Below are positions 9,513-19,431 of a DNA stretch of 62,792 bases, piece by piece. The stretch lies in assembly GCA_001915065.1 (NCBI GenBank), contig MNDT01000010.1, forward strand, positions 1 to 62,792, given 5' to 3'. Below the pieces are notes generated by a model. The model was not told where the DNA came from, did not search any database, and saw only the letters and a list, made by a program, of their open reading frames with translations. Within the stretch, counting starts at the first letter, position 1. Every line of letters begins with the position of its first letter. The position numbers and the translations under genes are program-made. The DNA is from an archaeon 13_2_20CM_2_53_6. Lineage in GTDB: Archaea; Thermoproteota; Bathyarchaeia; 40CM-2-53-6.

Positions 9513-10077
9513 AGATTGATGCTCGTAAATTGTGATGGGTTTCTGGAGTTCTGGGATGCCCCCCGGGGAGGTCGAGAAATAGATAACAGAAAAAGAAAAG
9601 ATAGTGAAAAACGGAAAGATTTCGCGTTCTAGTATTCGCTGGGTCTGTGGCGAGCGGATTGATCGCGATCGAACGCTTGTCTGCGATCATGGGACGTGCC
9701 TGATGATTCTCTTTCTTGGACGCGCCTCATACACTGGTTTTGCGTCGCGAGGACCAACGCTGATGAAATTTCTTAGAGGAGGGTCTCGCCAGTTGAAACC
9801 AAACTGAGCGAGTCTTGCGATCCAAGGCGCAGAATGCGCTGGTCGAGCGTTTTCGTTATCGTGGAGGTCAGCGTGCAGGTCAGCGTGAAAACTCCGTGAG
9901 GACAAATCGCTAACTTATGGTTTATACTCTATTTGGTAAATTTATCGTCTGATAACCTGCGCGCTTTTGCCTATAATCCACGAATTTGTCATAACCTGCG
10001 ATTCACTTCATCCTACAAACAGCAGTACTGTAATCTTCTTTAGTTCAGCCCCCAGCCCAACGATTGGCCAGAGTCTT

Positions 10078-10722
10078 ATGATGGGAAGCAGCAAGTGCCC
10101 CAACTGTGGCGAGGCTATTGGAAGTGGGTCGTCATTCTGTCCTACATGCGGAGCATCCTTAGCATCAACAACCACGTACGCGACGCCCGCGATATTCTCA
10201 AGATTAGTCCCCCAGTTCAGCGGGAACGGCTACATAGTCGAACAGAAGATCCTCGCACTGAGAGACACTTTCGGGATAAAAGATCGCAACGGGAATCAAC
10301 TCGCCTACGTGAAGAAGCAGTTAGTTAGCTTCGGGCCGAAATTCTGGTACGAGGCTCCTAACGGACAGAGAATAGGCGAGATCCACGGAAAAGTTCTGAC
10401 CATCCGCCCAACGTACGAGGTGTACGACTCGCAGGGACAACTGGTGGCTCAGGTGAAGAAGAAGCTGTTGAAACTTGTCGGTCAAGCATGGTGGATGGAA
10501 GACCCGACAGGCCAAGAGATAGCCAAGATAAACGGGAACGTCTTGGCCCACGACTATTACGTTCAAGACATGGCCGGCCAGCCAATTGCTCATATCCACA
10601 AGAAATGGGTCTCCGTCCGAGACTCTTACGGGATCGAGATGCTCAAACCAGCCTTCGACCCCTACCTAGTCTTGTCCTACGCGATCAGCCTAGACAACAC
10701 CGAAAAGAAAGATCACAAGTAA
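10078..10722 (+). CDS. Zn-ribbon + LURP-one/scramblase-like protein
   Basis: N-terminal CPNCG...CPTCG followed by a Tubby C-like domain (HKKWVSVRDSYGIE). Confidence 0.8.
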   Translation: MMGSSKCPNCGEAIGSGSSFCPTCGASLASTTTYATPAIFSRLVPQFSGNGYIVEQKILALRDTFGIKDRNGNQLAYVKKQLVSFGPKFWYEAPNGQRIGEIHGKVLTIRPTYEVYDSQGQLVAQVKKKLLKLVGQAWWMEDPTGQEIAKINGNVLAHDYYVQDMAGQPIAHIHKKWVSVRDSYGIEMLKPAFDPYLVLSYAISLDNTEKKDHK

Positions 10723-10865
10723 CCCCTAGACTCAGCGCTCGACCCAAGCAAGCCCCCCGCGTTTTAGACTCGACCCAAGGCAAAGGCATGGTTCCCCACT
10801 TTCGTCGCCAAAGTTCAGATCATCCCAGAATACTCTGTCGAAAGCACAACTGCGGATATGCAGGC

Positions 10866-12725
10866 CTAAGTGAGCTTGCTAAGGGTATTTTCCACTTCAG
10901 CTTCGGCATTATCAGCTTTGATGAATATCGGGACGTTCTCCATTCCTGTTGCTATGAAACTTGAAAGTAGCCATTCGCCAGGGGCGAATTCTAGGGTCTT
11001 CTCGAGAATCTGTTTGTCGATAGTGAAAGTGTCGCTCACCACCGTCCGATCATAGGGCCGGGGCAGTGTCCCGATGAAGTAGGTATGGAGCTGTTGGAGG
11101 GCGTTCGTATTGAGATACGCTATCCTCTGTGTGGCGAGACACCCCCCGAGACCGTACTTCCGTCCCTGTCTCAACAGCGTCTCTACGACTTTGGAGCAGT
11201 CCTTGTCGATGCCTGACGAGCCGCTGAGGTCGGGGACGAATTCCTGTGCCTCGTCGAATACGAAGAGCACGTACGGCTTGACTTTGAAGGACCGTTTTCG
11301 TCGTTGGAGGAACTCGCGGGCTAGGTCCACAACTAGCTCCTTGATGACGTAGGGATCCGATATCGAGATGCAGGTGAGCCGGGACTCCTTCTCAACTAGG
11401 TCTCTGATTCCCTGTATGTCGAGCCCTCCGGTAGTCCTCTTCTCCTTCTCCGCGCGCTTCAGATTGTCCAGTAGGGTTAGCCGGCTGGTGGCCCATGCGT
11501 ATACTCCGCTTCGGTCTGAGATCTTGAACTCGTCGATGGCTGTTCGTCCCCACTCGTCGAGTTGTTTGATGAAATCCTCATCGATAGGTCTGGAGTCCGT
11601 CACCTCGTGGCCGGCCTTGTAGTCTACAAGCTCCTGGCGGATCCGGTCTAGGGCGTTGACATAGTGGGGCTTGTCCAAGCTCTCGTTTCGCTGCCTGTTG
11701 AGCTCGTCGAGAATGTCGCCAAATGTCGGGATCTTGGATTCAGGTTTGAGATAGTACGTGATCTTCTTCTGGCCAAATATTTTGGCGAAGACTTTCCGCA
11801 CCCGGTCATCGTCCTCGTACTCGCGCGGTTTCACGACGCTGGCGTAGAACTGCTCTGCGTTGGTGACAGGGTTTTCGAGGATAATCTTGGAGGAGATCTT
11901 GTCCTCTGCAAACAAGTCCATGAGGAGGAAGGGATACTCGCTGGAAATGTCGAATACGATCACCTTGACCTCCGGTTGATGTATCAGCAATCTTCGTAGC
12001 ACGTTTGAGAGGAGGTTCGACTTTCCGGCGCCGGTAAACGCGAAGATTCCGAAGTGGTATCGGACCATTGCCTCAAAGTCGAGATAGATCGGGATCTTCT
12101 CCTCCATGGACTCGAACATCTGGATCGTCCCGATTCTCGGGTCCTTGTAGGCGTCACTCGTCGTTGTCTTCGGGTTGAAGCCGAGCTTTGCCAGTATCCT
12201 CTGATTGTACATGTGGCTGATCATGTCGCGGCTAAGAATCTGGGCCTCGGCGGCTATGACCGGATATGTGAAGCCCTTCTCATACTTGGGCTCCGCACTG
12301 TCGTTGAGAATGAGATCGTAGTTGATGGGAAGGGCACTGATCTGAACCATCATGGTCGACTTGTCGCTTGTGTCCCAGTCTTTCACGGATTGTTGTATGA
12401 TCTCGAACTGCATGGGGTAGTAGCTGTGCTCAGAGAGACCCTTCAGCCCGTAATGTTCTGGCCAGACCCGGGAAATCACCATCAGTGAATATCGATGATC
12501 CTTCGAATTTGATTTGAAATTTCGGACCGCGATGAGCATTCCTTCCTCGATAAGACCCATGGCATCCTTGTGGTACTCGACCTTTATCCTACACTCGTAT
12601 CGGGCGGATATGCCTGTGAGCTCGTGGGTTGCGACTGGCATGAAAGCTGGTGTGACTGCGGCGAGGCGGGCCTTGAATCGGCCGTTGAAGTCTGTGAAGT
12701 ATCTAGATGTTATCTCTTCGAGCAC
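10866..12725 (-). CDS. herA: HerA/FtsK-like ATPase (DUF87)
   Basis: HFGIFAFTGAGKSN, VFDISSEY, VFDEAQEF, RQGRKYGLG, ATQR. Confidence 0.88.
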   Translation of the reverse strand: MLEEITSRYFTDFNGRFKARLAAVTPAFMPVATHELTGISARYECRIKVEYHKDAMGLIEEGMLIAVRNFKSNSKDHRYSLMVISRVWPEHYGLKGLSEHSYYPMQFEIIQQSVKDWDTSDKSTMMVQISALPINYDLILNDSAEPKYEKGFTYPVIAAEAQILSRDMISHMYNQRILAKLGFNPKTTTSDAYKDPRIGTIQMFESMEEKIPIYLDFEAMVRYHFGIFAFTGAGKSNLLSNVLRRLLIHQPEVKVIVFDISSEYPFLLMDLFAEDKISSKIILENPVTNAEQFYASVVKPREYEDDDRVRKVFAKIFGQKKITYYLKPESKIPTFGDILDELNRQRNESLDKPHYVNALDRIRQELVDYKAGHEVTDSRPIDEDFIKQLDEWGRTAIDEFKISDRSGVYAWATSRLTLLDNLKRAEKEKRTTGGLDIQGIRDLVEKESRLTCISISDPYVIKELVVDLAREFLQRRKRSFKVKPYVLFVFDEAQEFVPDLSGSSGIDKDCSKVVETLLRQGRKYGLGGCLATQRIAYLNTNALQQLHTYFIGTLPRPYDRTVVSDTFTIDKQILEKTLEFAPGEWLLSSFIATGMENVPIFIKADNAEAEVENTLSKLT

Positions 12726-14622
12726 CCTCGATCTCGCTCCTTCGCTCCCGGAACGTGCTCATGTAGAATACAAAGTGTCGCAGCTTTGGATTGTTCATAA
12801 GCCATTTCCCGGTCGTGTCTATGATCTTTCGCATCTCTTCGTTGTGCCATTTGGCGACCTTGTCGGCGATGAATAGTGGTTTGTTATGGCCGAAGAGCTC
12901 AGGGACGCTGTTGCTCGTCATGGACCCGAGTGTGATCATGACGAGTTCCTGGATCGGATTCTTGACATGGTTGTCTTTGAAGATGATGGGTTGAACGGGT
13001 TCATCGGCGCTACCGTAGGAGTGGGCGAACTTTGTCGTAGTGTCCGGTCGAAAGTCGAAATCTGGGTAGACCAGCCGATCTAGGAGCAGTACGTTGCTTC
13101 TCAACTGTGGATCGTAGGCTGTCTGTGAGAGCTGAATGTAGCTCTTGAGAAACAAGCGTTCCGGCGTGATCTTGTTCCGTATAGCGCCTCCGACAAAGCC
13201 TGCCCTCTTCTCGAAGTCGGGGACTATCATCAAGAATGAGGAGTCGTACTCTATCAAGGACCACGGAACATGAATGGATTCATGGTTGAATACGCTGAGA
13301 GTCTGGAGCAACATTCGGTCAGTGTTGGGTATACGAGACAACTGCTCCTGGCTGAGGTCTGATCTCCATAGCCGGTTAGATACCATGACTGGAAGGACAT
13401 GATTTTTGAAGTCCCTGGCCGCAGTATCCTTAGTCAACCCCAGAAGCAGGATTCGTTTCTTCCAGCATTCCTCGACCAAAAGGTCTAGCGTGAAAAGCGT
13501 AAGGAACGATAGATCCTGGGTCGTTAGCCAGTGTAGGTCTCCATTCTTCATTACTTGGAGCGGGTTCTGTTTTGGTTTTTCCTCGAACATTCTACGCCCG
13601 TAGGTTTCGACAAGCTTCCGGATTCGGGGCCAAGTCTTGTTATACCGCTCTCTGAGCGTATATGTTCCCGCGGATTCCTCCAGAAATCCCTCTTTGATCA
13701 GTTTCCCGAGGAACCGTTCGACGCGCTTCTGCCGATCATCCTCCTTGATTCTAAGCTTGGAATAGAGATCGGCTGATGTGAGGAAACCGGCTCGTTCGAT
13801 CTCAAGGAGGCATCGGTATCGAAGGTAATCTCCGCGGGGCGGTGGAAGGTCGAGCGCGGGATTGTCCAAGTGATGTCTTGCATATGCGAGATCGTTGATG
13901 TCTATCGGTACGTCGTCGACTTCGAGCCCGACTAGCGCCCCGTTGCTCTTCCAGAGTTTTCTCCTAGATGTGTCATAGATGAGGCTGGCCAGCATCGTGG
14001 CCAGGCTTCTATCCAACAGGAGAATCCTTGGTCCATCCTCTTCCCGTGAGAGCCGGTAGGCGAGGTAGAATTCGGAAAACGTCATTATCCAGTTGGCAAC
14101 CGTCGAGTTGTTCGCGATCGCTTCGTCCGTAAGCGGACGAGTTAGAGAAATCTCGGAGACCTCACCCGGCTGGATGAAGCTCTGGTCTATCTCCGGAACC
14201 TCGTTGACGTAGACCGGAACGCAACTCGACAGTGCGCGACCGCTCTTGAGAAAGTGATCCTCGTACTCAACTCTAGGAGGACTCTTCTGAGGATAGGTTA
14301 TCGTCCCACGGGCAGCATAGGAGCCGCCGAAGAAGACCACCAGATCGAAGAGTGGACGGGCATAGTCGGTTCCGTCAACAGCCGCGAACGAGACCCGGTC
14401 GGTCCCGAAGAAACGCTTCGCCGTCTCATGGCACGATTCTGAGCTAAAGTCTGTTCTGATCAAACTTTCGAAGACTCGCTCATACATTCCCTCAAGCGTC
14501 TCGAATCGAGCGCGATATCCTTCGATCTGATCCGTGGCTCCGCTCTGAAGCAGAGTGCCAGCTCTCTCGATAGCAGAACTGAGTGAGGATGAAGCGGGAG
14601 CTATCTTCTCTACAGTAGACAA
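12703..14622 (-). CDS. nurA: Enlarged NurA-family nuclease with an inserted wHTH-like segment
   Basis: AAVDGT, LLLDRSL, GLTKD and C-terminal GHNKPLFIADKVAK; overlaps herA. TTG 14622 is chosen because the longer frame runs to the start of the divergent gene. Confidence 0.78.
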   Translation of the reverse strand: MSTVEKIAPASSSLSSAIERAGTLLQSGATDQIEGYRARFETLEGMYERVFESLIRTDFSSESCHETAKRFFGTDRVSFAAVDGTDYARPLFDLVVFFGGSYAARGTITYPQKSPPRVEYEDHFLKSGRALSSCVPVYVNEVPEIDQSFIQPGEVSEISLTRPLTDEAIANNSTVANWIMTFSEFYLAYRLSREEDGPRILLLDRSLATMLASLIYDTSRRKLWKSNGALVGLEVDDVPIDINDLAYARHHLDNPALDLPPPRGDYLRYRCLLEIERAGFLTSADLYSKLRIKEDDRQKRVERFLGKLIKEGFLEESAGTYTLRERYNKTWPRIRKLVETYGRRMFEEKPKQNPLQVMKNGDLHWLTTQDLSFLTLFTLDLLVEECWKKRILLLGLTKDTAARDFKNHVLPVMVSNRLWRSDLSQEQLSRIPNTDRMLLQTLSVFNHESIHVPWSLIEYDSSFLMIVPDFEKRAGFVGGAIRNKITPERLFLKSYIQLSQTAYDPQLRSNVLLLDRLVYPDFDFRPDTTTKFAHSYGSADEPVQPIIFKDNHVKNPIQELVMITLGSMTSNSVPELFGHNKPLFIADKVAKWHNEEMRKIIDTTGKWLMNNPKLRHFVFYMSTFRERRSEIEGARRDNI

Positions 14623-14754
14623 GATGTAATCGCGGTTGAGCCTGGGCCTATAAAGGTGGGACTCGTCACCGTAAGTTCCTTCGCGCACGCTCCTAATGAT
14701 TATAGGAACGATCCTTTGGCAAGGCTTGACCAAATGGCACGAGGAAACAGCCAC

Positions 14755-15009
14755 ATGCTGGCGGGGAAGGTAGTGCTGTTCCTGCAGTTCGGATTCATTG
14801 TTTTCCTAATCTATGCTCTCTCTGCAGAATACCAGTCAAACCGGTTCCAGCAGAGCTGGATCTCGGTCAAAGCGTCTTGGCTGCAGTATCTTCTCAACGG
14901 CTACCTGGCGGCGGCTCTAATTGGAGTCTTCATTGGCGGAGCCTTTCTGCTCGTGGGGGACATTGTGAGGAATAGGAGGAGAAGAGGGGGCCTCAAAACA
15001 GTAGTCTAG
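14755..15009 (+). CDS. Small two-TM membrane protein
   Basis: Two hydrophobic helices and a basic tail; ATG 14755. Confidence 0.65.
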   Translation: MLAGKVVLFLQFGFIVFLIYALSAEYQSNRFQQSWISVKASWLQYLLNGYLAAALIGVFIGGAFLLVGDIVRNRRRRGGLKTVV

Positions 15010-15593
15010 CGTGAGGCCAGGGCGATACGTTCTATCTCGTCCCGCTTACGGACGGATGCGCTCTTCGGGTCCCTAGCTGCGGCGAGAATCAGTTCCTCAG
15101 CGAGGCACTCGTCGACCGTCCGAGGATTGTTGTGGGATGCCTGACGGGACAACTGGGTAATGTGTCGAAGAGAAATGTCAACTCTCCTCTGTGGGGCTAT
15201 GTCTACTGAGATCGGATAGACGATTCCACCGTAGGCGATCCTAGTAACGTCCTCAGCAGGGGCCGCGTTCTCGATGGCTCGCACGATAATCTCGATAGGA
15301 TTCTTGCCTGTACGGATAGCGATGATGTCCATGGCGTTCTTGACGATGCTGCTGGCGCGGGACTTGCCGCCGCCTGCTACCCCGGGTCGCATCATATCGT
15401 CGATTAGCCGTTCGACAACGTTGATGGTTGACTTTCGGAAGCGGGCGTGCTCGTGACGTCCACTGGTGTGCGGAAGGAGTATGGGTCTCGCGGAAATGTA
15501 TCGTTTGAGCCCTGGGTCCTTTGCCTCAATGTCGGCTGTCGACCATTTGCCGAACACCTTAATCTCGGGAAGCTTCTTCAGATCTTTGCTCAA
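15006..15593 (-). CDS. rps7: 30S ribosomal protein S7 (uS7)
   Basis: VFGKWS, PHTSGRH, AIENAAPAED, VDIAPQRRVD, RDEIERIALASR. Confidence 0.95.
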   Translation of the reverse strand: MSKDLKKLPEIKVFGKWSTADIEAKDPGLKRYISARPILLPHTSGRHEHARFRKSTINVVERLIDDMMRPGVAGGGKSRASSIVKNAMDIIAIRTGKNPIEIIVRAIENAAPAEDVTRIAYGGIVYPISVDIAPQRRVDISLRHITQLSRQASHNNPRTVDECLAEELILAAARDPKSASVRKRDEIERIALASR

Positions 15594-15700
15594 ACGATCC
15601 AGCGTCTTGAGCTGTCCGTCTCCATCATTTTAAACGTTCGCGGAAACAGAACCTCTAATTCTTCGTGTTGACCCTTTTGATCCGGCCGGGGTTGCACGGG

Positions 15701-16165
15701 ATGAAAGTTCTCTTCGTCTGTGACGGCAACATCTGCCGTAGCCCAATGGCTGAGGCGTTGCTGCGTCAGACTTTAGCTGACAGGAGTATTGACGGGATCG
15801 AAGTATCATCCGGGGGTCTGGTTGCGAGCCCTTGGAGTAAAGCGCACTCGCAACTTCGTCGAGTACTCGGTCCCGCCTACCACCTTGTCGAGAATCGACC
15901 CTCGCAATCGCTAACCGAGGAACTCGTCGGTGGCTCGGATCTGATTTTGGGTATGGAGAACCGGCATGTTCGCCAGATTCTGGAAAAATATCCCAAGTCT
16001 CAAGGACGAGTTGACAAGATTACATCCTACGCTGGGAGAGATGGCGAAGTCAAGGACTTCCCCGATAGTGGATATGGAGACGTGTTTACCTGGCTTCGCC
16101 ACTGCCACTCGATTATGCTTCCTTGCGTAGAGACTATCGCTGATAGATTGGTTCATGAGAGATAA
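15701..16165 (+). CDS. Low molecular weight protein-tyrosine/arginine phosphatase family
   Basis: P-loop VCDGNICRSPMAE. Confidence 0.88.
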   Translation: MKVLFVCDGNICRSPMAEALLRQTLADRSIDGIEVSSGGLVASPWSKAHSQLRRVLGPAYHLVENRPSQSLTEELVGGSDLILGMENRHVRQILEKYPKSQGRVDKITSYAGRDGEVKDFPDSGYGDVFTWLRHCHSIMLPCVETIADRLVHER

Positions 16166-16234
16166 CTCGTCTGTCGCTTCTGGCAAAACGGGGAAGGTTG
16201 ATTAGGAAAAGCGTCGTAGACTCATCCGGTTTGT

Positions 16235-18199
16235 TTGACCGTTACTGAAGTTCTCGAAAGACCTGCTCCCGAGAAGCCATCAATTCCAATCGAATCGCTA
16301 CTCTCAGCGAGGCTTCTGCTTGAACCCGAGAACGTGAATGATCGTATCTATTTCCTGTCGGACATGAGTGGAGTTCTGAGCCTGTATTCCATGGACAAGA
16401 TTGGGAGCATTCCAGAACCTCTGCTTCCAGGCGGGATGGCGCTTGTTAATCCACACTTGATGCCTGGCGACAACTACCACGTTATTCCCAAGCTGGGAAA
16501 AATCTTGGTCATGATCGATAAACTGGGCGATGAGAACTATCAGCCTAGTCTGATCCCTCTCAACGGTGGGATTCCTGAATCGCTGCTCGGGGACAAGTAT
16601 CGAGATCAACAGATTGCCTGCGTGCATTTTGACAAGGACCGGAACATCGCTTACTTCTTCCGGGACAACCGGAAGACACCCGATATCGAATGCCTCAAAG
16701 TCAACATGGAGACCGGTGAGGTCAGCTCACTCGGGACAAGCATCTACGGGAACATCTGCAACGGAGTGAGCTCTGACCATTCGACCGTGATTCTTGCGGA
16801 CAACTACACGGCAGGAGATGTCGTCCTGTACTATCGGAAGCCCGGTATGACGGAGAGGAGATTGCTCTACGGCGTTCCTCTCGAACAGAGGGAGGGAAAG
16901 CAGATTCCACCGAGTGGCATCGGTTGGTGCAGTTTCGTTGACAACGACAAGGGATTGTTATTCGCGTCAACTATCTTCCATGACAGCGGGGGTCTGACCT
17001 ACCTCTCACTGGACAATCCATCCCAGCCAATCGACATTCCCGTGAAGGGGCTGCAGCATTCTGGTCAAGGAGAGATGGTCGGACTGCGGAAAGTTGAGGA
17101 CAACCGGTTCGTCTTGGAGTACAATATCGATGGAGCTTCCTGGGCGTACGAAGGGGCGTTCCACGGAGGAGCATCACCAGCCTTCGAAGTAGGCCGGGTC
17201 CTGGTTGGGACCCCACCATTATCGGGTGGCGTGGTACTGGGTCTTGAATGGCAGGTAACGAATCATAATCCCCTGCAGGTCGAGTATGCTTTCGCTTTCA
17301 CGAAAGCCAACAGCCCCTCACAGCTCTACCTCATCCCAAGCGGAGGAAAGTCTACGGCAACACGTCTCTCAAGCGAAAAGGTCCTTGGCATTCCGGATGA
17401 GTATCTTTCTCCCGGCGAAGATGCCAGCTATACATCGTTTGACGGACTGGAGGTTTCTGCAAGACTCTATCTCCCCTCCCCAAAACTCGGTTACAAGGGT
17501 CCGAGACCTCTGGTCGAATATGTTCACGGAGGGCCGCAAGGACAGGAGAGGCCGGATTTCACATGGTTCTCGATGCCCTTGATCCAGTACTTGACATTGA
17601 ATGGTTTCGCGGTCTTCGTTCCAAACGTGCGAGGTAGTACGGGCTATGGTATGCGCTACATGAAGTGGGTGGACAAGGACTGGGGCGGAAAAGACGTGCT
17701 GGACCATATTGAAGGTCTCAAGCGTCTGGAGAAGGATTCCCGGATCGACTCGAGCCGCCGAGGCGTTGTTGGACGATCCTATGGTGGATATATGACGCTG
17801 ACACTGGCGTCTAGACATCCAGAACTATGGAGGGCGGCCGTTGATATGTTCGGCCCATACGACCTGCCGGCTTGGATCTCGCGCATTCCACCGACCTGGC
17901 AGACCTTCTTCCGGCTGACTCTGGGAGATCCTGTGAAGGACCGGGACTTCCTAGTGGAGAGGTCGCCTAAGACCTACATGAGCCACTTGTCTAGTCCGTT
18001 GATGATTATTCAGGGAAAACATGATCCCCGAGTTCCAGAGCCAGAGTCTTCACAACTGGTAGAAGATCTACGGAAGGACGGCGTCAAGGTCGACTATCAA
18101 GTGTACGAAGATGAGGGGCACGACGTGCTACGGTTCAAGAACAGAGTACACTGCTACAACACCATTACGGAATTCTTCCGAAAGAATCTGGGAAACTAG
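16235..18199 (+). CDS. S9 family peptidase (acylaminoacyl-peptidase-like)
   Basis: VHGGP, NVRGSTGYG, nucleophile GRSYGG, DPRV, DEGH. Confidence 0.92.
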   Translation: MTVTEVLERPAPEKPSIPIESLLSARLLLEPENVNDRIYFLSDMSGVLSLYSMDKIGSIPEPLLPGGMALVNPHLMPGDNYHVIPKLGKILVMIDKLGDENYQPSLIPLNGGIPESLLGDKYRDQQIACVHFDKDRNIAYFFRDNRKTPDIECLKVNMETGEVSSLGTSIYGNICNGVSSDHSTVILADNYTAGDVVLYYRKPGMTERRLLYGVPLEQREGKQIPPSGIGWCSFVDNDKGLLFASTIFHDSGGLTYLSLDNPSQPIDIPVKGLQHSGQGEMVGLRKVEDNRFVLEYNIDGASWAYEGAFHGGASPAFEVGRVLVGTPPLSGGVVLGLEWQVTNHNPLQVEYAFAFTKANSPSQLYLIPSGGKSTATRLSSEKVLGIPDEYLSPGEDASYTSFDGLEVSARLYLPSPKLGYKGPRPLVEYVHGGPQGQERPDFTWFSMPLIQYLTLNGFAVFVPNVRGSTGYGMRYMKWVDKDWGGKDVLDHIEGLKRLEKDSRIDSSRRGVVGRSYGGYMTLTLASRHPELWRAAVDMFGPYDLPAWISRIPPTWQTFFRLTLGDPVKDRDFLVERSPKTYMSHLSSPLMIIQGKHDPRVPEPESSQLVEDLRKDGVKVDYQVYEDEGHDVLRFKNRVHCYNTITEFFRKNLGN

Positions 18200-18301
18200 A
18201 CAAACAGGATCGAAGGCCCGTTGGGGCCTTAGTCATCAGTAGTTGGCAGCCATTCCTCTATGGAATCCTTAATCTGACCAGATTCTCCTGGAGATCCAGC
18301 T

Positions 18302-19078
18302 TTGACAGCGACATTTCGGGAGGGCGATCTGGTGCTTCTCTACCAAGACCCCAGACGACACTGGATTGCCAGAGCAGGTGAGGGCCGGTTCCATACGCAT
18401 CGTGGATATCTTGATCTCAAAGACCTCGTAGGGATCGAGTCGGGAGTCTCAGTCAAGACCAGCCTGGGTCAATCACTTGCAGTATTCAATCCTCGACTTT
18501 CGGACTTGGTGGACTCCTTCGACAGGCCGACGCAAATACTGTATCCCAAGGACATTGGATATGCCCTCTACATGTTGGGCCTAAGGAATGAAGACAATGT
18601 CGTCGAAGTTGGGACCGGTAGCGGCGCATTGACCGCCGCAATCGCGCAATCAGTTGCGCCGGATGGGAGAGTCTACACGTACGAGAACCGAAGAGAATTC
18701 TTGAGGGCAGCCCAGAAGAATGTGGAGAAGGGAGGCTTGTCCCATCTGGTGACATTCAGGAACCTTGATCCCGCGGAGGGATTCTTGGAGAGGAACGCGG
18801 ACGCGGCGGTCATCGATCTCGGCGATCCTTGGAAGATGGTAGCGCCTGCTTGGGAAGCGTTGGTAGGAGGCGGAATGCTGGCGGCATTCACCCCTACAGT
18901 GAATCAGCTGGAGAAGCTGGCTGAAGCTCTCAGGAAGAACATGTTTCTTGTCCTTGAGGCAGTCGAGCTCCTGGTGAGAGAGTTCAAGACCGAGACTGGA
19001 AAAGTGCGGCCAGAATCCCGGATGATCGGACACACAGCATACGTGACAATAGCACGAAAGGTCGCGTCGAAAGAATAA
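18302..19078 (+). CDS. trmI: tRNA (adenine-N1)-methyltransferase
   Basis: TQILYPKDIG, EVGTGSGALT, DLGDPW, GHTAY. Confidence 0.93.
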   Translation: MTATFREGDLVLLYQDPRRHWIARAGEGRFHTHRGYLDLKDLVGIESGVSVKTSLGQSLAVFNPRLSDLVDSFDRPTQILYPKDIGYALYMLGLRNEDNVVEVGTGSGALTAAIAQSVAPDGRVYTYENRREFLRAAQKNVEKGGLSHLVTFRNLDPAEGFLERNADAAVIDLGDPWKMVAPAWEALVGGGMLAAFTPTVNQLEKLAEALRKNMFLVLEAVELLVREFKTETGKVRPESRMIGHTAYVTIARKVASKE

Positions 19079-19135
19079 GCGTCTATATAGTGGGAAGACG
19101 AGGTGGCTGTTAGCCTTAGGATGGTCCAGTCATAA

Positions 19136-19378
19136 ATGGGCACCGCAAGCTTCCGAGATTCAGAAGTTGGTAAGTTAGTCCGGGGGGCAGTGGTCATTAT
19201 TGCGGCAGCCTTCATGATCCTCCCCGCCTACATCAACTATGAGCTGGGAATCACAAAGCAGGGACTAGACCCGGTCGTCTCGATGGCAATAAGCTTGCAA
19301 TTGTTTGCCATTGGGATTATCCTGTTCATTGTTGCAGTGGGCAAAGAAAAATTTATGCCGAAGGCCCAGCCACAGTAG
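19136..19378 (+). CDS. Small two-TM membrane protein
   Basis: Two hydrophobic segments; fills an intergenic gap. Confidence 0.6.
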   Translation: MGTASFRDSEVGKLVRGAVVIIAAAFMILPAYINYELGITKQGLDPVVSMAISLQLFAIGIILFIVAVGKEKFMPKAQPQ

Positions 19379-19431
19379 AACCCGGCCCAGAACAGCCCCT
19401 CCACCGGAGGTCTTTCGTGAGTATCTCTGAT

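Noticed and set aside
9068..9690. Track ORFs over 9068-9690
   Set aside because: They overlap the two intron-containing tRNAs.
9758..9810. Possible C/D box sRNA (TGATGA...CTGA with CGC/GCG ends)
   Set aside because: No recognisable D'/C' boxes or correctly spaced guides; could be chance.
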